From: Planctomycetota bacterium
GTDB lineage: Bacteria; Planctomycetota; B15-G4; SIAN01
Reading direction: 5' to 3'
DNA length: 51,659 bases
Assembly: GCA_016872815.1 (NCBI GenBank)
Contig: VGYY01000001.1
Coordinates: forward strand, 1 to 51,659
Of this stretch, positions 40,991-48,662 are shown piece after piece (the first letter of the stretch is position 1; every line of letters begins with the position of its first letter). A model generated the notes under the pieces. It had not been told where the DNA came from and did no database searches. It saw only the letters and a list, made by a program, of their open reading frames with translations. Made by a program: the position numbers and the translations under genes.

Positions 40991-43900
40991 TCAGCGCAGC
41001 GACGCGCTGCCGAGACCCAGCGCGCCGTCGATCGCCTCGACGAGATCGTCGCTGATCTGCACGAAGTGTTCGTCGCCGAGGCGGTGGATCAGCGGCGGCC
41101 GGCCAGCCTGCGCGATCCGCAGGAACACCGGGCTTGCGCCACGGTGGCGGGCCAGCGTGGCGCGCACGTCGGCCAGGGCGCGCGCGGCATCGGGCCGCGG
41201 CGCCAGGTCGATGATGAGCTGGCCGCCGGAAGCGCCGTCCAGCACGCCGTCGAGCGGCTTCAGTTCGTTCGCCCGGATCGTCGCGCGATCCGACGAGAGA
41301 TCGAGCGCGCCGCTCAGCAGGACGATCCGGTCCGATTCGAGGAACTCCTTCGCGCGTTCGTAGGTGTCGGGAAAGACCAGCGCGGTCGCGCTGCCGGCGA
41401 GGCCGGCGAGCTCGACGATCGCCATCTTCCGCCCGGCCGCCTTGCCGCGCTTGGCCACGGTCACGCGCACGCCGGTGATGATCCCGCCGACGGTCACGTT
41501 CGCGCCGTCTTGCGCCTCGGCGAGCGTCTCGATCCGCGCCGTGCAGTGGCGCAGGAGCAGGTCGGAATAGCGCGCGAGCGGATTGCTCGACAGGTAGTAG
41601 CCGAGCGCCTCCTTCTCGAGCCTCAGCTTCTCGCGCTCCGGCCACTCCGGCACCGGGGGAATGCGGCTGCGCGGCGGAACGGCCGCCCGCGACGCGCCGA
41701 ACAGCTGCTTCTGGCCGGCGCGGCGGTCGCGTTGCGCCGTGGCCGCCTCCTGCAGCAGCAGCTCGAGCGCGCCGGAAAGCGCGGCGCGCGCATGTCCGGT
41801 CCAGTCGAGCGCGCCAGCATGCACCATCGCCTCGAGCGCCGCGCGGTTCAACGTCAGCGGCGGCAGCGCATCGAGGATCGCCGCGAGATCGACCGGCCCG
41901 CCGCGACGGGCGGCGTCGGCGCGGGCGGACTCCCGGGCGACGATCAGCTCCTCGATCGCCTTCGGGCCGAGCCCCTTCACGTTGCCGAGTCCGAGCCGGA
42001 TGGTGCTGCCGTCGGTCGAGGTGGCGAGGTCGGACGCGAGCAGATCGGGCGGCAGCACCTCGATCGAGGCGCGCCGGCACTCGCCGAGATAGGCGGCCAC
42101 CTTGTCGGTGTTGGCCGACTCGCAGGTGATCACCGCCGCCCAGAACTCGTGCGGGTGGTTGGCCTTGAGCCACGCCGTCCACCAGGTGACCAGCCCGTAG
42201 GCGGTGGAGTGGCTCTTGTTGAAGCCGTAGCCGGCGAAGAACTCCATCTGTTCCCAGATGGTGGTGGCGACGTCCTTCGCGCAGCCGCGCTCCGCCGCAC
42301 CGTCGACGAACTTCTGCCGGTACTTGGCCATCACCTCGGGCTTCTTCTTGCCCATGGCCTTGCGCAGCGTGTCGGCCTCGTCGAGGGTGAAGCCGGCCAG
42401 GACGTTGGTGATGCGCATCACCTGTTCCTGGTACACCATGATCCCGTAGGTCTCGCGCAGGATCTCCTCGAGGCTCGGATGCAGGTAGCGGACCGGCTCG
42501 GTGCCGCGCTTGCGGTTGACGTAGGAGTCGACCATCCCCGAGCCGAGCGGGCCCGGCCGGTAGAGCGCGAGGATCGCGATGATGTCCTCGAAGCTGTCCG
42601 GCCGCATCTTGACCAGCAGCTCCTTCATGCCGCCGGACTCGAGCTGGAACACGGCGGAGGTGTCGCCGCGCTGGAGCAGCTCGAACGTCTTGCGGTCGTC
42701 GAGCGGGAGCGCCTCGAACGACAGCCTGACGCCGCGGTCCTTCTCGAGCCGCTGGCGCGCATGGTCGAGGATGGTCAGGGTCTTCAGCCCGAGGAAGTCC
42801 ATCTTCAGCAGGCCGAGCGACTCGAGGTCGTTCATCGAGAACTGCGTGTTCACTTCGCCCTGGACCGTGCAGAGCGGGACGATCTCCATCAGCGGCCGGT
42901 CGCCGATCACGACGCCGGCGGCGTGGGTCGAGGCGTGGCGGTTCAGCCCCTCGATCTTGAGCGCCACGTCGAACAGCTCGGCGAAGCGCGCGTCCTCGCC
43001 GCGGATCGCCTGCAGGTCGGGATCCTCGAGCGCCTTCTTCAGCTCGGTGCCGGGCGTGACCGGGATCTTCTTGGCGATGCGGTCGACGTCGCGCAGTTCG
43101 ATGCCGAGGACGCGGCCGGCGTCGCGGATGGCCGCCTTCGCCGCCATGGTCCCGAACGTCACGATCTGCGACACCCGCTCGGCGCCGTAGCGCGCGCGGA
43201 CGTACTCGATCACCTTGGCCCGGCCGTCGCGGCAGAAGTCGACGTCGATGTCCGGCATCGAGATGCGCGAGGAGTTGAGGAAGCGCTCGAACAGCAGGTC
43301 GTACTTGAGCGGACAGACGTTGGTGATGCCGAGGCAGTAGGCGACCATGCTGCCCGCCGCCGAGCCGCGCCCCGGGCCGACCGGCACGCCTGCCTCGCGC
43401 GCGTAGCGGATGAAGTCGGAGACGATCAGGAAGTAGGAGACGAAGCCCATCTGCTTGATGACTTCGATCTCGCGCTCGAGGCGGGCGCGCACGCGGGCGT
43501 CGACCGCGGGATAGCGCCTTCGCACGCCCTCCTCGCACAGCCGCCGGAAGTGCTCCTCCGGCGTCGATCCATCCGGCGTGACGAAGGTCGGCAGGTGCAT
43601 CTCGCCGAGCTTGAGCGCGAAGCCGCAGCGGTCGGCGATCTCGACCGTGCGCTCGATCGCGCCGGGCGTGTCGGCGAACGCCTCGACCATCTCGGCCGCG
43701 GTGCGGAAGTGGAAGCGGTCGCTCTCCATCCGCATCCGATCGGCGTCCTGGAGCGTGTTGCCCGTGTTGATCGCCAGCATCACCTCCTGCGCGCGCGCGT
43801 CGTCCCGCGAGAGGTAATGGACGTCGGAGGTGCCGACCACCGGGATCCCGGTCTCCCGCCCGATGTCGCGCAGCGCCGCACGCACGAGGTCCTGCCGCTC

Positions 43901-44452
43901 GAGCCCGTTGTTCATCACCTCGAGGTAGAAGTTCCCGGTCCCGAAGAGCTCCTCCCAGCGGCGCGCGGCGGCGATGGCGTCCCTGCGTTCGGCGTGCTGG
44001 ACGGCGCGCGCGACCTCGCCCGAGAGGCAGCCCGACAGCGCGATCAGCCCCTTCGAGTGGCTGGCGAGCAGCTCCTTGTCGATGCGCGGCTTGCGGTAGT
44101 AGCCGTCGAGGTAGCTGCGGCTGGTCAGCCGGAGCAGGTTGTGCCACCCTTCCTTCGTCGCCGCGAGCAGCGTCAGGTGGTCGGTGAAGTTGCCGCTGTC
44201 GTCGCCGCTCTTGTCGGTCCGCGATTTCCGCGCGACGTACGCCTCCATGCCGGGGATCGCCTTGATGCCGGCGTCCTTCGCCGCCTTCATGAACTCGATC
44301 GCGCCGTACAGGTTGCCGTGGTCGGTCAGGGCCAGCGCGTCCATGCCGGCGCCCTTCGCCGCGCCGATCAGGCCGTCGATGGTGGGGTTGCCGTCCAGCA
44401 GCGAGAAATGGCTGTGGACATGGAGGTGCACACAGCGCACGGGCGCGACCAC
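40991..44452 (-). CDS. dnaE: DNA polymerase III subunit alpha
   Basis: 1153 aa. PHP-domain HLHVHSHFSLLDG..., palm/fingers ...MPDIDVDF...GRVLG, ...HAAGVVI, and an OB-fold C-terminal region. Confidence 0.98.
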   Translation of the reverse strand: MVAPVRCVHLHVHSHFSLLDGNPTIDGLIGAAKGAGMDALALTDHGNLYGAIEFMKAAKDAGIKAIPGMEAYVARKSRTDKSGDDSGNFTDHLTLLAATKEGWHNLLRLTSRSYLDGYYRKPRIDKELLASHSKGLIALSGCLSGEVARAVQHAERRDAIAAARRWEELFGTGNFYLEVMNNGLERQDLVRAALRDIGRETGIPVVGTSDVHYLSRDDARAQEVMLAINTGNTLQDADRMRMESDRFHFRTAAEMVEAFADTPGAIERTVEIADRCGFALKLGEMHLPTFVTPDGSTPEEHFRRLCEEGVRRRYPAVDARVRARLEREIEVIKQMGFVSYFLIVSDFIRYAREAGVPVGPGRGSAAGSMVAYCLGITNVCPLKYDLLFERFLNSSRISMPDIDVDFCRDGRAKVIEYVRARYGAERVSQIVTFGTMAAKAAIRDAGRVLGIELRDVDRIAKKIPVTPGTELKKALEDPDLQAIRGEDARFAELFDVALKIEGLNRHASTHAAGVVIGDRPLMEIVPLCTVQGEVNTQFSMNDLESLGLLKMDFLGLKTLTILDHARQRLEKDRGVRLSFEALPLDDRKTFELLQRGDTSAVFQLESGGMKELLVKMRPDSFEDIIAILALYRPGPLGSGMVDSYVNRKRGTEPVRYLHPSLEEILRETYGIMVYQEQVMRITNVLAGFTLDEADTLRKAMGKKKPEVMAKYRQKFVDGAAERGCAKDVATTIWEQMEFFAGYGFNKSHSTAYGLVTWWTAWLKANHPHEFWAAVITCESANTDKVAAYLGECRRASIEVLPPDLLASDLATSTDGSTIRLGLGNVKGLGPKAIEELIVARESARADAARRGGPVDLAAILDALPPLTLNRAALEAMVHAGALDWTGHARAALSGALELLLQEAATAQRDRRAGQKQLFGASRAAVPPRSRIPPVPEWPEREKLRLEKEALGYYLSSNPLARYSDLLLRHCTARIETLAEAQDGANVTVGGIITGVRVTVAKRGKAAGRKMAIVELAGLAGSATALVFPDTYERAKEFLESDRIVLLSGALDLSSDRATIRANELKPLDGVLDGASGGQLIIDLAPRPDAARALADVRATLARHRGASPVFLRIAQAGRPPLIHRLGDEHFVQISDDLVEAIDGALGLGSASLR

Positions 44453-44595
44453 GCGAGTTCTCCCCGGATTGCCGGCGGCGCCGACGCGAACGGCGCCACC
44501 GCCGCGAGGGGCGTTCTAGCGGTCGGCCGCGGCGCTGATCAATGCGCCGCCGCGCGGCCCTTGCTCGCGCCGGGGCGTTCGGGGAGAAAGGGCGC

Positions 44596-45855
44596 ATGAA
44601 ACCGCCGCCGGCCGTCCGTCCGCCGCCCGTTGCCGTCGCCCCTCCGCGGGACTGCGCCGATGGCGCGCGGCGACTTCCTGGTGCCGCGCTGCGTGGGGGC
44701 ATCGGGGCGATCTGGCTGGCGCTCGCCGGTGCGATCGCGGTGGCGCCGGGCTGCGCCGGCACCGACGCGGCGGTGAAGCGGGCGGAAGCCACCGACGGGC
44801 CGACGGCCGCGAGCCGCGCGGAGCAGCCGCGCCGGGACGATGCTGCGCTGCGGGCCGACTGGCAGCTCTACCTCGCCAACGCGGAGGAGTGGCCCGCGGC
44901 GCGCGAGCGCTGGCTGGCCGGCCCGCCCGCCGAGCGGCGAATCCTGCTCGACAACCTGCTGATCGAGCTGCTGAAGGACGACGCCGCCGATCGTGGCAGC
45001 GGGACCTCGTTCCGTTCGGCGCGGGCGCGCCGTGAGCTCTCGTGGTTCGGCAACGAGGCGGTCGCGCCGCTCGTCGAGGGGTTGCGCACGCTCGGCTCGC
45101 GCGACCGGGTGGACAGCGTGACGCTCGATCGCATCGCGACGGCATTGGCCGACCTGCGCGCGGTGGGCGAGCTCGCGCGGCTCGCGGCGTCCGCTGCGGG
45201 CGAGGGGAGCGGGACTCTCGACGTCCGCGCGCGGCTCGCGGCGGTGCGCGCGCTTGCGGCGATCGAACTGCCCGAGGCCGAGACCGCGCTGATCGACCGG
45301 CTCCTCGTCGACCCCGACTGGCAGGTGCGCGGTGCGGCGGCCGAGTGCCTGAAGCCGCGTGCCGCCGATCCGGCCATCCGGCGGGTCATGATCGCGGCGC
45401 TCGGCGACGCCGACGGCTACATCCGCGCCCAGGCGGTGCGCGCCCTGGTGGTGGGGGCGGGCACCGAGGTCGCGGCGATCCCGCTCGACACGCTCGCGCG
45501 CTGCCTCGCGACCGACCCCGCCGCTGCGGTGCGCGCGGCGGCGGCCGAGAGCCTTGGGTTGTACGCCTTCGAGCCGTCGGTCGAGGCGCTGCTGCTCCGG
45601 TCACTCGCCGATCCCGACCTCGCCGTCGTCGGCGCCGCGGCGCACGCCCTCTTCAACAACCGAACGCGCGACGTGCAGCTGGCGCTGGTGGACGCGCTCG
45701 ACCGCGTCAACCAGATCGCGGTGCGGGAGCCCCGCGCCGCCGGCCTCGTCAGCGAGTTGCTCCGGCTGCTCGCAGCCAACGTCGGCGCGACGCCGGAGCG
45801 GATCAACCCGGCTGGCTGGCGCCGGCTGATCGAAGCCCGCTGGCAGGAGCGCTAG
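44596..45855 (+). CDS. HEAT-repeat protein with an N-terminal signal or anchor (possible lipoprotein)
   Basis: 419 aa from the ATG that follows ggggagaaaggg. Hydrophobic GIGAIWLALAGAIAVAPGC, then repeated D(P/A)D..VR.AA...L units (DPDWQVRGAAAECL, DADGYIRAQAVRAL, DPAAAVRAAAAESL, DPDLAVVGAAAHAL). Confidence 0.65.
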   Translation: MKPPPAVRPPPVAVAPPRDCADGARRLPGAALRGGIGAIWLALAGAIAVAPGCAGTDAAVKRAEATDGPTAASRAEQPRRDDAALRADWQLYLANAEEWPAARERWLAGPPAERRILLDNLLIELLKDDAADRGSGTSFRSARARRELSWFGNEAVAPLVEGLRTLGSRDRVDSVTLDRIATALADLRAVGELARLAASAAGEGSGTLDVRARLAAVRALAAIELPEAETALIDRLLVDPDWQVRGAAAECLKPRAADPAIRRVMIAALGDADGYIRAQAVRALVVGAGTEVAAIPLDTLARCLATDPAAAVRAAAAESLGLYAFEPSVEALLLRSLADPDLAVVGAAAHALFNNRTRDVQLALVDALDRVNQIAVREPRAAGLVSELLRLLAANVGATPERINPAGWRRLIEARWQER

Positions 45856-45863
45856 GCGACGCC

Positions 45864-46400
45864 ATGGACTGGAAGATCGAACGGATTCGCGAGCGCTGCG
45901 CCACCTGCGAGCAGCCGTTCCGCCATGATGAGCGCGTCCGCTCCGCGATCACCACCGACGAGCAGCAACGCGCCGTCCGCCGTGACCTCTGCGGCGCCTG
46001 CCCGCCGCCCGGCGGTCCGTCGACCGTCTGGTGGGAGACGCGCTGGCAGCAGCCGGCGCAGCGGAAGAAGAAGGTCGACTTCGACCGTCTGCTGCGCGTG
46101 TTCGAGGCGTGGCAGAAGGCGCCGCCGAAGGACAGCGACGCGCTGCTCTACCTCATCACCCTGTTGCTCGTGCGCAAGCGCTTCCTGAAGCTGGTCGACC
46201 TCGTCCACGAGGACGGCCGCGAGCATCTGCGCCTGCGCCGTCCCGGCCCGATCGAGACCTGGTACCTCGCGCCGGCGCCCCTGCTGCAGCCGAGCGACCT
46301 GCCGCCGCTGCGATTGCGCCTCGAGGAACTGATCGACGGCACCATCGAGGACGATGAACTGCAGGGTGCCACGGACGCCGCGACTGCAGTCGGGAACTGA
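45864..46400 (+). CDS. Hypothetical protein with an N-terminal CxxC...CxxC zinc-ribbon-like motif
   Basis: 178 aa. Strong GC3 bias in this frame. CATCEQ...(26 aa)...CGAC, then a basic patch QRKKKVDF and a Leu-rich region. No family recognised. Confidence 0.6.
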   Translation: MDWKIERIRERCATCEQPFRHDERVRSAITTDEQQRAVRRDLCGACPPPGGPSTVWWETRWQQPAQRKKKVDFDRLLRVFEAWQKAPPKDSDALLYLITLLLVRKRFLKLVDLVHEDGREHLRLRRPGPIETWYLAPAPLLQPSDLPPLRLRLEELIDGTIEDDELQGATDAATAVGN

Positions 46401-46711
46401 CCCGGTGTCCCGTCGTCGCGGCGGCGCGCCCGCGCGCGGCAGTCCGGACTGACGACCGGCCCCGACGGCGGGCGAGGCGGGACGCGTCCGTCCGCCCCGT
46501 CGAGCGGGCCGCTCGCCGTCGCGCGCGTGCCGCCAGCCGCAACCCACTTTCCCCCACGCCAGCGCACGATGGGCCCGGACTGCGCCCGCCCGGGTCGATT
46601 CCCCGGGGGAGCGGCTGCCATTGGGTCAGCTTCCGGGTGCTCTGGTTGCGCGTGGCAGTCGCTCCAGGTCGTGGGTCTCCCCAGTTAGTGGAACAAAAAA
46701 CTGGAAAATGG

Positions 46712-46739
46712 TTGCGTGTGGGTTGAAGTGGGGTAGGAT
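46712..46739 (+). promoter_or_regulatory. Candidate mraZ/dcw promoter (TTGCGT-16 nt-TAGGAT) with two GTGGG repeats 10 bp apart in the spacer (MraZ-box candidates)
   Basis: -35 at 46712-46717 and -10 at 46734-46739. GTGGG at 46718-46722 and 46728-46732. Lies in the lowest-GC stretch of the window, 60 nt upstream of the mraZ GTG. Confidence 0.4.
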
Positions 46740-46799
46740 CCCGTCGTCGGGTCGAACAAGGAGTGCGTCAGGGAACCCAGTCGGCGCGGGGATGCGACG

Positions 46800-47240
46800 G
46801 TGTTTGTCGGTTCGTACACGCATGCGATCGACAGCAAGGGCCGCATCAACGTCCCGAAGAAGTTCCTCGACCAGTTCCAGGGGCCGGGCGCGGCCCGGAT
46901 GTTCTTCGCGACGCGGGGCCTCGACGGCTGCCTGTTCCTCTTCCCTCCGGAGGAGTGGGGCACGGTGGTGGCGCAGGTCCGGCAGAACTCGCTCGGCAGC
47001 GAGGAGGCGCGCGCGTTCGCGCGGCGATTCTTCGCACTGACGCGCGAGCTCGAGGTCGACGCGGCTGGCCGCGTCCTGTTGCCGAAGGAGCTGCGCGAAG
47101 CAGCCGGAATCGGCGACGAGGCGCTGTTCGTCGGGGTCGATACGCGCGTCGAGCTGTGGTCGCCGCAGCAGTGGGCGGCCCACGACGCGCAGCACGGGAC
47201 GAAGTACGAAGACCACGCGAAGGGGGTCTTCCGTGCGTGA
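46800..47240 (+). CDS. mraZ: Transcriptional regulator MraZ
   Basis: 146 aa. (M)FVGSYTHAIDSKGRINVPKKF... and a second SpoVT/AbrB-like half ...ELEVDAAGRVLLPKELRE.AGI. GTG start. Confidence 0.95.
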   Translation: MFVGSYTHAIDSKGRINVPKKFLDQFQGPGAARMFFATRGLDGCLFLFPPEEWGTVVAQVRQNSLGSEEARAFARRFFALTRELEVDAAGRVLLPKELREAAGIGDEALFVGVDTRVELWSPQQWAAHDAQHGTKYEDHAKGVFRA

Positions 47241-47278
47241 CGCCGGCGCAAGCCGGACGCGGGAGGGGGCGGGTCCGG

Positions 47279-48241
47279 GTGGGTGAGACGCGCCACGTCC
47301 CGGTCATGGTCGAGGAAGTCCTTGGCTTCCTCGCACCGAGGCCGGGTGGGCGCTACCTGGACCTGACCTTCGGCGGGGGAGGTCACGCACGGGAGGTCCT
47401 CGCGCGTGAGCCGCGGTGCCAGGTCGTCGGCGTGGATCGCGACGGCTCGACGCTCGCGGCGGCGGCGCGGGAACTGGCGCAGTTCGGCGCACGCCTGTCG
47501 ACGGTGCAGTCGCGATTCGACCAGGCGGCCGTGGCGGCGGCTGCCAGCGGGCTCGGATCGTTCGACGACGCCTTCGATGGCGTGCTGGCCGATCTTGGTC
47601 TCTCCTCGCTGCAGCTCGACGACCCGGAGCGCGGGTTGAGCTTCGAGCGCGATGCCGTGCTGGACATGCGGATGGATCGAGGCGTCGGAGAGACGGCGGC
47701 CGGGTTTCTCGGCCGGGTCTCGGAGCAGGAGCTAGCGGACCTCCTGTTCCGCCTCGGCGACGAGAGCCGCGCGCGAGCGATCGCGCGGGCGATCGTCGAA
47801 CGCCGTCGGCATGCGCCGGTGCGACGCACGCTCGAGCTCGCCGACCTGGTGGTGCGGGCGACGGGAGGCCGGCTGCAGGGCCGGATCCACCCGGCGACGC
47901 GCACGTTCCAGGCGTTGCGGATGGCGGTGAACGACGAGATCGGCTGCCTCGAGCGGGTGCTGAGCCAGGCACCCCGCTGGCTGAAGGCGGGCGGTGCCCT
48001 CGTGGTCATCGCCTTCCACAGCGGCGAGGACCGGGTGGTGAAGCGGAGCCTGCGGGCGGCCGCGGACGCGGGCGTGCTCGAACTCGTGACCCGCAAGGTC
48101 GTCGAGCCGGGCGCGGCCGAGGTCGCGACGAACCCGCGCTCGCGCAGCGCCAAGTTGCGTGCGGCGCGTCGCGTCGGCGGGGAGCCCGCCGCGCGGCGCA
48201 CCGGCGCGATGACGGATGAGCGAGACGAAACGAACGGATGA
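47279..48241 (+). CDS. rsmH: 16S rRNA (cytosine1402-N4)-methyltransferase RsmH
   Basis: HVPVMVEEVL......GG.YLD.TFGGGGH....L........GVDRD......DLG.SS.QLD...RG.SF......DMRMD...IHPATRTFQALR..VN.E...SFHS.EDR.VK. GTG at 47279 (alternative ATG at 47306). In the track it is the 3' part of ORF 46763..48241. Confidence 0.93.
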   Translation: MGETRHVPVMVEEVLGFLAPRPGGRYLDLTFGGGGHAREVLAREPRCQVVGVDRDGSTLAAAARELAQFGARLSTVQSRFDQAAVAAAASGLGSFDDAFDGVLADLGLSSLQLDDPERGLSFERDAVLDMRMDRGVGETAAGFLGRVSEQELADLLFRLGDESRARAIARAIVERRRHAPVRRTLELADLVVRATGGRLQGRIHPATRTFQALRMAVNDEIGCLERVLSQAPRWLKAGGALVVIAFHSGEDRVVKRSLRAAADAGVLELVTRKVVEPGAAEVATNPRSRSAKLRAARRVGGEPAARRTGAMTDERDETNG

Positions 48242-48653
48242 ATTCGGGAGCGGGCACGGCGCCCGGTCGAACCGGGGGCTTGACTGCGGACGGCGAGCCC
48301 CTGGATCGCCCTCGACTGGGCACCGTGCCCGCGCCCCGGATCCGATCCGTCGGGAAGAAGGAAATGCGACGCCCGTGATCCGGTACGGACTCCTTGCGCT
48401 CGGTTTGCTCGCGACGATGGCCGTCGCGGTCTCGACCGTGCACATGGAGGTCGGCGCGCACCTCATGAGCTACGACCTCGCGCGGACGCACGAGGCCATC
48501 GGTGAGCTCGAGGAGGCGCGGGATTCGGTGCGGGTGCGCGTGCTGGCGCAGTGGACGCCCGAGCGGGTCGTCGCCGCGGCGCAGCGCGAACGGGAACGGC
48601 GGCGATTGCAGGCCGAGGCGCACGCGACGGGGACGGCGACGGCGCGACTCTGA
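48216..48653 (+). CDS. FtsL-like cell-division protein (positional call; start uncertain)
   Basis: Single TM (IRYGLLALGLLATMAVAVSTV) followed by a short helical, charged segment. Sits between rsmH and the PBP gene as ftsL does. Alternative GTG start at 48375. Confidence 0.5.
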   Translation: MSETKRTDEFGSGHGARSNRGLDCGRRAPGSPSTGHRARAPDPIRREEGNATPVIRYGLLALGLLATMAVAVSTVHMEVGAHLMSYDLARTHEAIGELEEARDSVRVRVLAQWTPERVVAAAQRERERRRLQAEAHATGTATARL

Positions 48654-48662
48654 GCGTCGACC

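Noticed and set aside
40845-44792. 1315-aa minus-strand ORF and 1177-aa plus-strand ORF (41066..44599) overlapping dnaE
   Set aside because: Only the frame at 40991..44452 (-) gives DnaE motifs (PHP HxHxH, palm and fingers). The others are alternative-frame or antisense shadows rich in Arg, Pro, Gly and Ala.
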